Positions 9,007-19,681 of a DNA stretch of 64,000 nucleotides are shown here, one piece after another (positions within the stretch are counted from its first letter, which is position 1; every line of letters begins with the position of its first letter). The stretch is from Candidatus Carthagonibacter metallireducens (GTDB lineage: Bacteria > Gemmatimonadota > Gemmatimonadetes > Palauibacterales > Palauibacteraceae), in assembly GCA_023554445.1 (NCBI GenBank), contig JAMJQQ010000094.1, positions 1,937-65,936 on the forward strand. The letters are read 5' to 3'. The notes below the pieces were generated by a model, which had not been told where the DNA came from, searched no databases, and saw nothing but the letters and a program-made list of their open reading frames with translations. The translations under genes and the position numbers were made by a program.

Positions 9007-9082
9007 GAGCCTGCCGACGGTGTGAGACAGAGAACAGGTCGGAGCCCGATCCCGGGCTTCGGCAGGAAAGAGAGGCGGATAG

Positions 9083-9934
9083 ATGGCTGAGATCACGGCA
9101 AAGGCGGTCAAGTCCTTGCGTGACCGAACGGGCGCGGGAATGATGGACTGCAAGAAGGCTCTGCTCGAAGCGGGAGGCGACGAAGAGCAGGCGATCGATC
9201 TGTTGCGCCAGTGGGGAGCCGCGAAGGCGGCCAAGCGCGCCGAGCGGGAGACCTCCGAGGGGCTCGTGCGGATCGTGAACAGGGACGGCGTGACAGGCAT
9301 GGTCGCCGTGTCCAGCGAGACAGACTTCGTCGCGCGAAACGAAGAGTTTCAGGACTTCGCTGACCGACTCGCCGAGGCGGTGATTGAAGCCGATCTCCCG
9401 GACGGTGAGACTTTGACCGGCGAAGCGTTGCTTGGGCGGCCGGAGTTCGAGTCGTTCGCCGCCGAGATCGTCGATCTGCGATCGAAGATCGGAGAGAACA
9501 TCCAGGTTCATCGTGCGGTCCGGACGGAGACGGGCGATTCGGGTGCTACGGCCACCTATCTGCATTTCGGGGACAAGATCGGAGTGGTCGTCGAACTGGA
9601 GGGTGCGACTGGAGCCGGGGTGGAAGAGCTCGCCCGAGAAGTGGCGATGCACGTCGCCGCCGCGCGACCCGCCGGTGTGCGTCCCGAGGATATCCCCGCG
9701 GAGGTCCGGGAGCGGGAACGCGCCGTTCTGACAGAGCAGACCAAGGCCGAAGGGAAACCGGAGCCGATCGTGGAGAAGATCGTGGACGGCCGAATGCGGA
9801 AGTACTTCGAACAGAACTCCCTGGTCATGCAGGCGTTCGTCAAGGATCCGGATCGGACGATCGCCGACCTGCTCGAGGCGCACGCCGACGGACTCACGGT
9901 GCGCCGTTTCATCAGGTTCGAAATCGGGGAATAA
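9083..9934 (+). CDS. tsf: Translation elongation factor Ts
   Basis: [42 protein letters not shown]: canonical EF-Ts N-terminal UBA-like region. Confidence 0.9.
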   Translation: MAEITAKAVKSLRDRTGAGMMDCKKALLEAGGDEEQAIDLLRQWGAAKAAKRAERETSEGLVRIVNRDGVTGMVAVSSETDFVARNEEFQDFADRLAEAVIEADLPDGETLTGEALLGRPEFESFAAEIVDLRSKIGENIQVHRAVRTETGDSGATATYLHFGDKIGVVVELEGATGAGVEELAREVAMHVAAARPAGVRPEDIPAEVRERERAVLTEQTKAEGKPEPIVEKIVDGRMRKYFEQNSLVMQAFVKDPDRTIADLLEAHADGLTVRRFIRFEIGE

Positions 9935-9947
9935 CCCGGGAGCCCAG

Positions 9948-10661
9948 GTGTCCGAACTCCTGTATCCGAGAGCGCTCGTTAAAATCTCCGGCGAATCCCT
10001 CGCCGGAGAAAAGGGGTTCGGCATCGAGCCCCGGGTCGTGGATAAGCTGACTCGCGAGATCAGCCAGGTCCAGGAGGCCGGAGTCAGCCTCGGACTCGTG
10101 GTCGGAGGCGGCAACATCGTCCGCGGCGCCGTGGCCAGTGAGCAGGGAATGGACCGGGTCTCGGCGGACTACATGGGGATGCTGGCTACGGTCATAAACG
10201 CCCTCGCTCTGCAGGATGCTCTCGAGCGTGCTGAGGTCGAGACCCGGGTGATGACGGCCATTCGTATGGAAGAGCTCGCGGAGCCCTACATCCGCCGTCG
10301 AGCCCTTCGGCACCTCGAAAAAGGGCGGGTGGTGATCTTCGCCGGTGGCACGGGCAATCCCTACTTCTCGACCGACACGGCGGCCGTGTTGCGGGCGATC
10401 GAGATGGATGCCGACGTGATCCTCAAGGCGACCAAGGTGGACGGGGTCTATTCCGACGATCCGATGATCAACCCCGACGCCGAGTTCCTCCCCGACCTCA
10501 CGTACCGGGAAGTGATCAACAACGAGTTGCAGGTCATGGATGCCGCGGCCATGTCCCTTTGCCGCGAAAACGATCTGCCCGTAATCGTTCTGAATGTGCG
10601 TAACCCCGGCGCGATTCTCTCGGCGCTGCGCGGAGAGAGAATCGGGACCCTCGTAACCTGA
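9948..10661 (+). CDS. pyrH: UMP kinase
   Basis: [13 protein letters not shown]…[12 protein letters not shown]…[20 protein letters not shown] signature. Confidence 0.9.
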   Translation: MSELLYPRALVKISGESLAGEKGFGIEPRVVDKLTREISQVQEAGVSLGLVVGGGNIVRGAVASEQGMDRVSADYMGMLATVINALALQDALERAEVETRVMTAIRMEELAEPYIRRRALRHLEKGRVVIFAGGTGNPYFSTDTAAVLRAIEMDADVILKATKVDGVYSDDPMINPDAEFLPDLTYREVINNELQVMDAAAMSLCRENDLPVIVLNVRNPGAILSALRGERIGTLVT

Positions 10662-10673
10662 GAGGTTCTCTTC

Positions 10674-11231
10674 ATGCAAGTTCCAGCCCTCAAGGAAGCC
10701 TCGAATCAGATGGACAGAAACATCGAGGCGATTCAGCGCGAGTTCGCAGGTGTTCGAACGGGAAAGGCCTCCCCGGCCCTTCTCGACGCGGTTCAGGTCG
10801 AGGCATACGAGTCTCGTATGCCGCTCAACCAGACCGCGACGATCACCGCGCCCGACCCGCACATGCTGGTCGTGCAGCCTTGGGATGCGAATCTCGTCGG
10901 GGCGGTCGCGAAGGCGATCCAGTCGGCCGACCTCGGACTGAACCCATCGGTCGACGGAAACCTGGTTCGGGTCAGCATTCCGCCGCTTACCGAGGAGCGC
11001 CGCAGGGAGATGGTCAAGGTGCTGCACAAGTATGCGGAGGAGGGCCGCGTCGCAGTGCGTCACCAGCGGCACAAGGCCAAGTCCGAGATCGAGCGGCAGG
11101 TCAAGGAGGGCGAGCTCGGAGAGGACGAGGGCAGGCGAGAGCTGGATGCCCTCCAGAAGCTCACCGATGAGCACATTGCGAGGATCGACGAGCTCCTCAC
11201 CCACCGTGAAGCTGAGATCATGGAGGTCTGA
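10674..11231 (+). CDS. frr: Ribosome recycling factor
   Basis: 185 aa; …GVRTGKASPALLD…ITAPDPHMLVVQPWD… typical RRF. Confidence 0.9.
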   Translation: MQVPALKEASNQMDRNIEAIQREFAGVRTGKASPALLDAVQVEAYESRMPLNQTATITAPDPHMLVVQPWDANLVGAVAKAIQSADLGLNPSVDGNLVRVSIPPLTEERRREMVKVLHKYAEEGRVAVRHQRHKAKSEIERQVKEGELGEDEGRRELDALQKLTDEHIARIDELLTHREAEIMEV

Positions 11232-11232
11232 G

Positions 11233-11511
11233 GTGAACGTACCTCTCCCGGACCAGCGAGACCTGAAGAAGGCTCTGCGCATCTACGTGTCGGGTCGAAA
11301 CCGTGCCTGGACGGCGGAAGAGAAGCGATCCGCAGCCGGCGACGATGTCCCGCCCGCCGCGGTCGCGTCCGGCTCGTCCACGACCGGTGGGGCCGAGCCG
11401 CAAGTCGGTGTTCCAGTCCCCGATTCGCTGCAGTTTCACAGGGGGCCGATCAGGTGGAGGGGCGAGATCCCTGGCGGGCGTCGCGGTCGCATGAGGCGTG
11501 ACCACGACTGA
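11233..11511 (+). CDS. Possible small ORF (92 aa, GTG start) in the frr-tilS gap; doubtful
   Basis: Open frame filling the 267-nt gap, overlapping the tilS start by 14 nt. No recognisable motif and no clear RBS. Confidence 0.15.
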   Translation: MNVPLPDQRDLKKALRIYVSGRNRAWTAEEKRSAAGDDVPPAAVASGSSTTGGAEPQVGVPVPDSLQFHRGPIRWRGEIPGGRRGRMRRDHD

Positions 11512-12934
11512 CCTGGATCTCTCGACGGATTCTCCGCCGGCCATCGCGGAAATGCTGGAACCCGGCGGTCGCGTGCTGGTGGCCTATTCGGGTGGGCCCG
11601 ATTCCACCGCCCTCCTCTACATTCTGGCCCGCCTCGGCCGGGCGACCGGCCTGCAAGTCAGTGCCGCCCACTTCGATCACGGGGTTCGACCCGGCTCTGC
11701 GAAGGTTGCCGAACGCTGCGGCCGGGTCTGCGCCCGGCTCGGAATCCCCTTCCACACCGGTCTGCCTGACCGTCCGCTGGCGGCCAGACACGCGGAGCTC
11801 CGCGAAGCGCGCTATCGGTTCCTGGCCAGAATCGCCCGTGAGGAGCGGATTTCTAGAATTGCCACCGCCCATCAGGCGGACGACCAGGCAGAAACGGTAC
11901 TCATGCGCATTCTGCGGGGGACCGGTCCCCGCGGCCTCGCCGGTATTCCGAAGCGGCGCGGCGCGATCGTTCGCCCGCTGCTCGGGCTCCGGCGAGCGTC
12001 GATCACGAACTGGCTCGATCGGGAGGGGATCGAGTACGAGATCGATCCGGCCAACTTCGATCCGCGCTGGGCCCGAGTCCGGGTGAGAGAGAGCCTCCTG
12101 CCGTCTCTCGGTGAAGCGCTCGGTCGGGACCCCGTTCCTCTGCTGCTCGAGGTCGCGGACGCGGCGTCGAGAGCGGACCGGCTGATGACTCTTGCGGGAT
12201 CCTCGTTGCTCGATCGGTCGCTGGTGCCGGAGCCCCGGACCGATCATTCGAATGCGGCCGAGAAACGGCCGGCCGCGTTGAGTCAGGTCTTCAGCCTCGA
12301 GACTTTTCGTTCGGCGTCGAGGCTTGAGCAAGCAGAAGCGCTTCGACTATGGGCGCGCCGGCGGGGCATCATCCTTCCGGGCGGCGGAACCCGCTCGGCG
12401 GTCGAGTTTATCAGGCGTGGCCGCAGCGGAGGGTATGTGGAGCCGACGCGCGGACTGCGGGTCTCGCGCTCGTTCGATGCATTGACCCTGGCTGCGGGAG
12501 CTACCCTCGCCCCGGATCGAGTTCCGTTCGTCGATGCCGAGCTGCAGCTGGGCCCTGGTGGCGGGCAGGAGCAGGTTTCGATTGCCGACCGTTCGTTCCG
12601 GGTACGTTGGCAGTCGGGCCCGGCAGCCCCGGATTCGACCAGCTTGGGCGGAACGGCCCGCGGAGAGCGCGTTGCTCTTGCCGTTGGGCGGGAGCATTAT
12701 CCACTCTTGCTGCGCGGCTGGCGACCGGGTGACCGTGTCACGACGCCTGCGGGTACGCGCAAACTGAAGAAGCTGTTTGGCGAGCGTTCCGTCCCGCTGG
12801 GAGAGCGCTCCAGGATTCCGGTCCTGGTCGATTGCAGCGGTCGAGTCGTCTGGGTGCCCGGCCTCGTGACCGCCAGCTGGGCGCGACCGGAATCGACCGG
12901 CGCTGACCTCGTACTCGAGATCGCCGATGTCTGA
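11498..12934 (+). CDS. tilS: tRNA(Ile)-lysidine synthetase
   Basis: PP-loop SGGPDS, then the TilS substrate-binding region. GTG start. Conserved tilS-hpt-ftsH synteny. Confidence 0.85.
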   Translation: MTTTDLDLSTDSPPAIAEMLEPGGRVLVAYSGGPDSTALLYILARLGRATGLQVSAAHFDHGVRPGSAKVAERCGRVCARLGIPFHTGLPDRPLAARHAELREARYRFLARIAREERISRIATAHQADDQAETVLMRILRGTGPRGLAGIPKRRGAIVRPLLGLRRASITNWLDREGIEYEIDPANFDPRWARVRVRESLLPSLGEALGRDPVPLLLEVADAASRADRLMTLAGSSLLDRSLVPEPRTDHSNAAEKRPAALSQVFSLETFRSASRLEQAEALRLWARRRGIILPGGGTRSAVEFIRRGRSGGYVEPTRGLRVSRSFDALTLAAGATLAPDRVPFVDAELQLGPGGGQEQVSIADRSFRVRWQSGPAAPDSTSLGGTARGERVALAVGREHYPLLLRGWRPGDRVTTPAGTRKLKKLFGERSVPLGERSRIPVLVDCSGRVVWVPGLVTASWARPESTGADLVLEIADV

Positions 12935-13514
12935 TCCAAGTGAGATCGCCCGACCTGACCGCAGGGGATCGTGGCTCGCCGGCGAGAGTGGCACGCGGGT
13001 GCGGTCGGTGGTGTATTCCGCCGAGCGGATTCAGGAGAGAGTTCGGGAACTGGCCGCCGAGATCACGGCGCACTACGGGCCTGGAGATGATCTGCTCGTA
13101 CTCGGTCTGCTGAAGGGCTCGTTCATTTTCGTGGCCGATCTCGTGCGCTGGATCGAGCGAGCGATTCACGTGGACTTTCTCGTCGCATCGAGCTATGGAA
13201 CGGAATGCCGGTCGTCGGGGGACGTGAAGCTGCTCTACGACCCGGCGGCGCCGATCGAAGGGCGACACATCCTGCTGGTAGAAGACATCATTGACAGCGG
13301 GACGACGATCGAGAGACTCTCGATCGCGCTGGGGGCGCGACGGCCCGCATCGCTGGAGTTGTGCGCCCTGCTGCACAAGCACCTGGCGACCGACCTGTCG
13401 ATCGAGCCGCGTTGGGTGGGATTCGATGCGCCGTCCGAATTCCTGGTCGGTTATGGGCTCGATCACGCCGAGGATTACAGGCACCTGCCGTTCGTCGCCA
13501 GCATCGAGGGCTGA
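12927..13514 (+). CDS. hpt: Hypoxanthine-guanine phosphoribosyltransferase
   Basis: PRPP-binding motif ILLVEDIIDSGTT. Overlaps the tilS stop by 8 nt. Confidence 0.85.
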   Translation: MSDPSEIARPDRRGSWLAGESGTRVRSVVYSAERIQERVRELAAEITAHYGPGDDLLVLGLLKGSFIFVADLVRWIERAIHVDFLVASSYGTECRSSGDVKLLYDPAAPIEGRHILLVEDIIDSGTTIERLSIALGARRPASLELCALLHKHLATDLSIEPRWVGFDAPSEFLVGYGLDHAEDYRHLPFVASIEG

Positions 13515-13540
13515 CGGGGCAGGTCTGAACCGGAGACGTA

Positions 13541-15532
13541 ATGAAGCAATCTGAAGAAAAGAACAACGCGGGCGGCCCCGCCCGCTTTCTACGCACGGCT
13601 TCGTTCTGGGCCCTGATCGTTCTGATCCCGCTGGCGATATTCCAGGTGATGGACACATCCCGGCAGGTGGAGAAGGAACTGACGTACAGCGAATTCAGGG
13701 CGCAGCTCGATGCCGACAACGTGATGAAGGTCACGATCACCGAGGGCGTGCGCGTCGAGGGCGAGCTCCGACGCGCTCTGCAGGAGAACGGGATCGAGAT
13801 CGATCACTTCAACACGCTGCTCCCGACCGAGGCCAGCCAGGAGCTGCTCGATCAGCTGGAGGAGCGGGGGGTGGAGGTCGAGGCCAAAGAGGCGGCCGCC
13901 AACTGGGTCAACTATCTCGTATCGGTACTTCCCTGGATTCTGATCATCGGTCTCTGGTTCTTCTTCTTCCGCCAGATGCAGACCGGTGGCTCCCGTGCGT
14001 TCAGCTTCGGGAAATCGAAGGCCAAGTTGCTCAGCGGTGACACGCCGAAGGTCACTTTCGCGGACGTCGCCGGTGCCGACGAGGCGAAGGAGGACTTGAA
14101 GGAGATCATCGAGTTCCTCAAGGACCCGGCGAAATTCCGCCGGCTCGGCGGCCGACTGCCGAAGGGTGCGCTGCTCGTGGGTCCCCCTGGCACGGGCAAG
14201 ACTCTCCTCGCGCGGGCGGTAGCCGGAGAGGCGGGTCGCCCCTTCTTCTCGATGTCCGGATCGGACTTCGTGGAGATGTTCGTGGGCGTCGGTGCGAGCC
14301 GGGTACGCGATCTGTTCGAGCAGGGCAAGGCGCACGCGCCGTGCATCATATTCATCGACGAGATCGACGCCGTTGGCCGTCATCGTGGAGCCGGGCTCGG
14401 CGGCGGACACGATGAGCGCGAGCAGACGCTGAATCAGCTGCTCGTCGAGATGGACGGTTTCGAGTCGAACGAGGGGGTGATCCTCCTCGCCGCGACCAAT
14501 CGCCCCGACGTGCTGGACCCGGCGCTGCTGCGCCCGGGGCGCTTCGACCGCCAGATCGTGGTCGACAATCCGGATGTGAAGGGTCGAGAGGGAATTCTGA
14601 AGGTTCACGTCAAGGACATTCCCCTGGGTGACGACGTGAATCTCAAGATCCTCGCCAAGGGAACTCCCGGACTGTCGGGCGCCGACCTGGCGAACATCGT
14701 CAACGAGGCCGCGCTTCTGGCCGCCCGGTACGACAAAGACCGGGTGTACATGGACGACTTCGAAGCGGCCAAGGACAAGGTCATGCTCGGGGCCGAGCGG
14801 AAGAGCATGGTCCTGTCGGAGGACGAGCGCCGCGTCACGGCGTTTCACGAGGCGGGCCACGCGGTGGTCGCTCTTCGGGTCCCCGGTCTCGACCCCCTGC
14901 ACAAGGTGACGATCGTCCCTCGTGGGCGGGCACTCGGCATCACGGCTTCACTGCCGGAGGAAGATCGCCACAACTACACGAAGGAATGGCTGGAGGGACA
15001 GTTGACGATGCTCTTCGGAGGACGGGTAGCCGAAGAGACCATTTTCGGTCGCAGCAAGATCACGACTGGAGCGGGGAACGACATCGAGAGGGCGACTGCC
15101 CTGGCGCGGCGCATGGTTACGCAGTTCGGGATGTCCGATGCGATCGGCCCGATGGCGGTCGGCGACCAGGAGCACGAGATATTTCTGGGTCGCGAGCTGA
15201 GTCAGCGGAGGGACGTCAGCGACCAGACCGCGCAGCTCGTGGACTCGGAAGTAAAGCGGATCCTGGATGGTGCGTACGCCTCGGCCGAGCGTGTGCTGAC
15301 GGAAAACCGATCGCTGCTCGATGACATCGCCAACGCGCTGCTGGAACGCGAGACTCTGGACGCGGACGACATCCGGCTGCTCGAGGCGGGCGAACCGCTG
15401 CCGCCACTGCCCCCGGCCGATGGTCCGCCACCCGCTCCGGCCCTCGGCCCGGGACCCGCAGGGGAGTCGTCCGCAGCGAACGATCGACCGCTCGAGGGAA
15501 CGGGCGGCGAGCCAACCCCGGCCCTCGCCTGA
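13541..15532 (+). CDS. ftsH: ATP-dependent zinc metalloprotease FtsH
   Basis: Walker A GPPGTGKT, second region of homology, HEAGH zinc motif, N-terminal transmembrane segments. Confidence 0.9.
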   Translation: MKQSEEKNNAGGPARFLRTASFWALIVLIPLAIFQVMDTSRQVEKELTYSEFRAQLDADNVMKVTITEGVRVEGELRRALQENGIEIDHFNTLLPTEASQELLDQLEERGVEVEAKEAAANWVNYLVSVLPWILIIGLWFFFFRQMQTGGSRAFSFGKSKAKLLSGDTPKVTFADVAGADEAKEDLKEIIEFLKDPAKFRRLGGRLPKGALLVGPPGTGKTLLARAVAGEAGRPFFSMSGSDFVEMFVGVGASRVRDLFEQGKAHAPCIIFIDEIDAVGRHRGAGLGGGHDEREQTLNQLLVEMDGFESNEGVILLAATNRPDVLDPALLRPGRFDRQIVVDNPDVKGREGILKVHVKDIPLGDDVNLKILAKGTPGLSGADLANIVNEAALLAARYDKDRVYMDDFEAAKDKVMLGAERKSMVLSEDERRVTAFHEAGHAVVALRVPGLDPLHKVTIVPRGRALGITASLPEEDRHNYTKEWLEGQLTMLFGGRVAEETIFGRSKITTGAGNDIERATALARRMVTQFGMSDAIGPMAVGDQEHEIFLGRELSQRRDVSDQTAQLVDSEVKRILDGAYASAERVLTENRSLLDDIANALLERETLDADDIRLLEAGEPLPPLPPADGPPPAPALGPGPAGESSAANDRPLEGTGGEPTPALA

Positions 15533-15545
15533 ACCGGCCCTAGGC

Positions 15546-16400
15546 GTGGCGTCTGGCACCGAAACGATTCCGTGGGCCGTTCGGGGCGGAAGCATTGGTC
15601 TCGAGCGTCCCGTCGTGCTGGGCATACTGAATCTGACCCCTGACTCCTTCTCCGACGGCGGGAGATACCAGGGAGTCGAGGAAGTACTGGAGGAAGGGCT
15701 TCGCATGCGCCACGAGGGCGCCGACCTCCTGGACGTAGGCGGCGAGTCCTCCCGGCCCGGTGCGCGCACGGTCGATGTGGACGAGGAATGGAATCGGATC
15801 GGAGCTGCCGTCAGCACGCTGTCCGCCGCCGGGCTCCCCGTCTCGGTAGACACGACGAAGAGCGAGGTCGCGTCCCGGGCCCTGGACGCTGGAGCAGTGG
15901 CGGTAAACGACATCTCCGGCCTGCGGTTCGATCCGGCCATCGCGGACATCTGTAGCCGGACCGGGGCAGGCCTTGTACTCATGCACATGCGTGGGAACCC
16001 GCGGACGATGCAGCAGGACACGACTTACGAGGACCTCACCGGCGAGATCTCCCGCGCTCTCGAGCGGAGCGCCGCGCTGGCGATCGAGCGCGGAGTGAGT
16101 TCTGATCAGATCGTCGTCGATCCGGGGATCGGATTCGGAAAGTCGGTGGAGGGAAGTCTGGAGATCATCGCGCACGGCGGACGGTTCTGTTCGGGTCGGT
16201 ATCCCGTCCTGCTCGGTCCATCCCGGAAGTCCTTTATCGGCAAGCTGCTCGATCTGCGCGTCGACGAGCGCCTGGAGGGAACGATCGCGGCCTGCGTGGC
16301 GGGCCTGTTCGCGGGAGCCAGATTGTTCCGCGTACATGACGTGCTGCCCGTGCGCCGTGCACTGGATCTCGCCTGGGCCGTGCACGAGGCCGGCCGCTGA
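15546..16400 (+). CDS. folP: Dihydropteroate synthase
   Basis: GILNLTPDSFSDGG…DVGGESSRPGA pterin-binding signature. GTG start just after the ftsH stop; the track ORF extends upstream into ftsH. Confidence 0.85.
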   Translation: MASGTETIPWAVRGGSIGLERPVVLGILNLTPDSFSDGGRYQGVEEVLEEGLRMRHEGADLLDVGGESSRPGARTVDVDEEWNRIGAAVSTLSAAGLPVSVDTTKSEVASRALDAGAVAVNDISGLRFDPAIADICSRTGAGLVLMHMRGNPRTMQQDTTYEDLTGEISRALERSAALAIERGVSSDQIVVDPGIGFGKSVEGSLEIIAHGGRFCSGRYPVLLGPSRKSFIGKLLDLRVDERLEGTIAACVAGLFAGARLFRVHDVLPVRRALDLAWAVHEAGR

Positions 16401-17239
16401 TGCAGGCCCTGATCGACTACCTCGGGTTCCTGCGGCTGGACTGGATGGATCTGGCCGAGATCCTGGTGGTCTCCTACCTGCTCTATCGGGTGCTGCTGGT
16501 CTACACCGGCACGCGTGCGTTCCAGGTCCTGATAGGCTTCGTTCTGCTCGTCTCGATCTACGTAGCATCTCAGGCCCTGCAGCTCCGCCTGATCCCGTAC
16601 CTGCTCTCCCAGGTGTTCACCTACGGTGCCTTCGCCTTGATCGTGATATTCCAGCCGGAGCTTCGCGCCGGCCTGGCCCGACTTGGAAGAACCAGGTTCT
16701 TCCAGGCGTTTTCGCGCCTCGAGCAGGAGGAGGTGATGGAACAGATCGCGGAGGCGGCCGATCGGCTCGCCAAAGCGAAGATCGGCGGAATCATCGCGAT
16801 CGAGCAGGAGGTTAACCTGCTGAATCACGTCGATCATGGAACGACGCTCGATGCAGATCTTAGCGCCGAACTGCTGACGACCGTATTCACTCCCTACTCC
16901 CCCCTTCATGATGGAGCGGTGATCGTGAAGCGTGACCGGATCGCGAACGCCGGCAGCGTGATCCCCAGGCTGTCGGAATCGCCGACCGTGGACCGTTCAC
17001 TCGGTACACGCCACCGCGCTGCCCTCGGACTGTCGGAGGAGACCGATGCACTGGTCGTGGTGATTTCGGAGGAAACCGGCCAGATATCCCTCGCGCATCA
17101 GGGAAGGCTTCACCGGGGACTCCGTCCCGACGAGCTTCGACGCAGGCTGGAGGCTGGCGGTCGGGAGCAGTCGGCGGAAGCGGGCGCTTCCGCGGAGCCC
17201 GAAGTGGAACGGTCCGCGGCGCTCCCGGCGGAAGGCTGA
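16400..17239 (+). CDS. cdaA: Diadenylate cyclase (c-di-AMP synthase), CdaA type with an N-terminal membrane domain
   Basis: DAC-domain motifs (PLHDGAVIV, GTRHRAALGLSEETDA). Three N-terminal transmembrane helices. ATG overlaps the folP stop (TGATG). Confidence 0.8.
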   Translation: MQALIDYLGFLRLDWMDLAEILVVSYLLYRVLLVYTGTRAFQVLIGFVLLVSIYVASQALQLRLIPYLLSQVFTYGAFALIVIFQPELRAGLARLGRTRFFQAFSRLEQEEVMEQIAEAADRLAKAKIGGIIAIEQEVNLLNHVDHGTTLDADLSAELLTTVFTPYSPLHDGAVIVKRDRIANAGSVIPRLSESPTVDRSLGTRHRAALGLSEETDALVVVISEETGQISLAHQGRLHRGLRPDELRRRLEAGGREQSAEAGASAEPEVERSAALPAEG

Positions 17240-17256
17240 CCGAAGGCCGATTCGCG

Positions 17257-17285
17257 TTGACGGAGCGCGGCAGCCCGCGTAAACT
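17257..17285 (+). promoter_or_regulatory. Sigma-70-like promoter candidate for the exbB-exbD-exbD-tonB cluster
   Basis: TTGACG, a 17-nt spacer, then TAAACT. Lies 54 nt upstream of the exbB start. Confidence 0.4.
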
Positions 17286-17338
17286 TGCTGTCCTCGGAAC
17301 CGGCGGGGTGAATCCCGTCTCACAAGGGAGCGCTTCGA

Positions 17339-17983
17339 GTGCAAGACACCAGTTACGAGCTGTTGACGATTTTTCACGACGGGGGATTCATGATGATCCC
17401 TCTCGTGCTCTGCTCGCTCGTCGCCCTCGGCGTGATCATCGCCAAGGGGTACACACTGTTCGTCGCCCACCGTGACTCCAAGAAGCTGCTCAAGCAGATC
17501 GAGGAGCTCGGCGCGGCCGGCCAGATCGACGAGGCGATCAAGGTGGCGCGTGAGACGCGCGGACCGGTCGCCGCGATCCTCCTCACGGGGCTGCGCCGCG
17601 TGAAAGAAGGCGGCGGAACGCAGGACGTGAGCAAGGCCATCGCCACGACGGGCACGATCGAGCTCGACTTTCTCGAGCGGGGTCTGACGGTGTTGGCGAC
17701 GATCGCGAACGTTGCTCCCATGCTCGGATTCCTGGGAACGGTGATCGGGATGATCGCGGCATTTGCGGCGATTGAAGAGGCCGGCCAGGTCGAACCGACC
17801 CTGGTCGCCGCCGGTATCAAGGTCGCGCTGATCACGACGGCGGCCGGGCTCGCGATCGCGATTCCGGTCCATATCGCTTACAACTATTTCGTGACTCGCA
17901 TCGACACATTGATCGCGGATATGGAGAAGGGATCGGAGGCGGTACTCGATCTGATCTGGCAGAGCCAGGAGCGACGGGCCTGA
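17339..17983 (+). CDS. exbB: MotA/TolQ/ExbB proton-channel family protein
   Basis: Three transmembrane helices with the conserved TIANVAPMLGFLGTVIGMI segment. Confidence 0.8.
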   Translation: MQDTSYELLTIFHDGGFMMIPLVLCSLVALGVIIAKGYTLFVAHRDSKKLLKQIEELGAAGQIDEAIKVARETRGPVAAILLTGLRRVKEGGGTQDVSKAIATTGTIELDFLERGLTVLATIANVAPMLGFLGTVIGMIAAFAAIEEAGQVEPTLVAAGIKVALITTAAGLAIAIPVHIAYNYFVTRIDTLIADMEKGSEAVLDLIWQSQERRA

Positions 17984-18062
17984 TCGGAGGCGCCTGACAC
18001 CGGATCGAACCACCGATGGTCGTGTAAATACGAACAGGTCTCCCTTGGAACACGGGTGAACG

Positions 18063-18485
18063 ATGGCAATACTGAACCGCAAGGAACGGGTGTCGGACGA
18101 GATACCCACGGCGTCGATGGCCGACATCGCGTTTCTGCTTCTCGTCTTCTTCCTCACGACTACGGTGTTCAACGAGGAGAAGGGATTGCCGATCGTGCTG
18201 CCCGAGGAATCGGAGGAGCAGGACGTTTCGGCGAAGAACATCATCTTCTTTCTCGTCCGACCTGATGGCGCGGTCACGGTGAAGAGGGGCGAAAGCCAGG
18301 AAGAGCAGGTAATTCCGTACGATCAGGTCGAAGTGCTTCTCCGACAGGAGTTGGCTGCGAACCCGAACCTGATTGCGGCGATCAAGACGGATGGAGGGGC
18401 GGCCTACCGCCACATGGTCAACGTTCTTGACGAGGTCAAGCTCGCGGGCGCCGAGCGGATCTCCCTGCAGATGCTCGAGGAGTAG
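18063..18485 (+). CDS. exbD: Biopolymer transport protein ExbD/TolR
   Basis: N-terminal SMADIAFLLLVFFL transmembrane segment containing Asp, plus the periplasmic domain. Confidence 0.8.
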   Translation: MAILNRKERVSDEIPTASMADIAFLLLVFFLTTTVFNEEKGLPIVLPEESEEQDVSAKNIIFFLVRPDGAVTVKRGESQEEQVIPYDQVEVLLRQELAANPNLIAAIKTDGGAAYRHMVNVLDEVKLAGAERISLQMLEE

Positions 18486-18487
18486 GC

Positions 18488-18931
18488 ATGTCCAAGTCGA
18501 AGGGCTTCAGCCGGAAGTCCGGCGCGAGCAGCGAGATCCCGTCCTCGTCGATGGCGGACATCGCCTTCCTGCTGCTCATCTTCTTCATGGTCTCGACGGT
18601 CTTCCGTCGCGAGCGCAACGTCCCGATCGACTGGGCTTCGGCCGAGGCCACCCAGAAGATCGACGAGAAGCGCAAGAACATCCTCCACCTGTGGGTGGAT
18701 CGGGATGGCACGGTGTTCATCAACGACCAGATCGTGCCACAGGACAACATCGACGAGGTCGTTCGACCTCTCTATTCGGACAATCGGGAGCTCGTGGTTG
18801 CGCTGCGGGGCGACCGGGATGTCCCCTACAGCGAGATCAACTCGATCACGAAGCAGTTGCAGGCAGCCGGAGCGGTTCGGGTGACGTTCGCGACCCGGGT
18901 CGAGCAGCGGGTGCAGCGCGCGAGGAGGTAG
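18488..18931 (+). CDS. exbD: Biopolymer transport protein ExbD/TolR, second paralogue
   Basis: SMADIAFLLLIFFMVSTVF transmembrane segment. Tandem to the first exbD. Confidence 0.8.
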   Translation: MSKSKGFSRKSGASSEIPSSSMADIAFLLLIFFMVSTVFRRERNVPIDWASAEATQKIDEKRKNILHLWVDRDGTVFINDQIVPQDNIDEVVRPLYSDNRELVVALRGDRDVPYSEINSITKQLQAAGAVRVTFATRVEQRVQRARR

Positions 18932-18935
18932 CGGG

Positions 18936-19649
18936 ATGAGCGAATCGATTTACGACGGGACCCCGAAGAACCGCCGCAAGGAACGGAAGGTCGGCGATGC
19001 CGCCTTCATGACGGCGAACGAGCGATTCAAGCGCGACTATCCGAGCTGGCTCTGGGGGAGCGTGATCGTCGCCACGTTCGCGCACTTCGCGCTGTTCAAC
19101 TGGTTCCCGCAGCTGGAGGCCGCCGATCTCGGCTCGGTGTCGGAGGAGATCATCTCCGTCGACCTGCCGCCCGAGGTCAAGATTCCGCCACCGCCAGAGC
19201 AGATCGCCCGGCCCGCGACACCTCGCGTTTCAGCCAACGTGGACATGGACGAAGATATCACGATCGCGCCGACCACGTTCGAGGACAATCCGGTCGAAAA
19301 TCTGCCGCCGCCGCCGGCCGGCGCGGCACCGGAAGACGTCCCGTCCTACATCCCGCGTGACGTGGAACCCCGGCTGAAGAACGGTAGCGATATTCAGAGG
19401 CTGTTGCAGCGGCTGTATCCCTCGATGCTGCGCGAGGCCGGTATCAGCGGGGAAGTCACCCTCTGGGTATTCGTGGACGAGAGCGGCAGAGCGGCCAAGT
19501 CGCAGGTCCAGAAGTCGAGCGGTTATCCCGCCTTCGACAACGCAGCCGCTCAGATCGTCGACCAGATGGAGTTCTCACCGGCGATGAACAGGGACAAGCC
19601 GGTGGGTGTGTGGGTGGCTCAGAGGATCGACTTCCAGGTGAAGAGCTGA
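18936..19649 (+). CDS. tonB: Energy transducer TonB-family protein
   Basis: N-terminal transmembrane anchor, Pro-rich spacer (PPEVKIPPPPEQ), and a C-terminal TonB domain (LYPSMLREAGISGEVTLWVFVDESGRA…). Confidence 0.7.
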   Translation: MSESIYDGTPKNRRKERKVGDAAFMTANERFKRDYPSWLWGSVIVATFAHFALFNWFPQLEAADLGSVSEEIISVDLPPEVKIPPPPEQIARPATPRVSANVDMDEDITIAPTTFEDNPVENLPPPPAGAAPEDVPSYIPRDVEPRLKNGSDIQRLLQRLYPSMLREAGISGEVTLWVFVDESGRAAKSQVQKSSGYPAFDNAAAQIVDQMEFSPAMNRDKPVGVWVAQRIDFQVKS

Positions 19650-19681
19650 CGACACGTCGCAGGAGTAAGGGCAATCGCACA

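Noticed and set aside
9912-11282. Long minus-strand ORF (456 aa) antisense to pyrH and frr. Similar cases: 1931..2638 -, 3529..4383 -, 13589..14902 -, 14948..16021 -, 16997..18277 -, 22480..23883 -, 27490..29004 -, 31624..32892 -, 37673..39163 -, 38851..40995 -, 43487..44121 -, 44218..45411 -, 49951..52083 -, 53273..54502 -, 63039..63848 -.
   Set aside because: Each lies opposite a gene with unmistakable conserved motifs. High GC content suppresses stop codons on the antisense strand. The translations are Arg/Pro/Ser-rich low-complexity sequence with no motifs.
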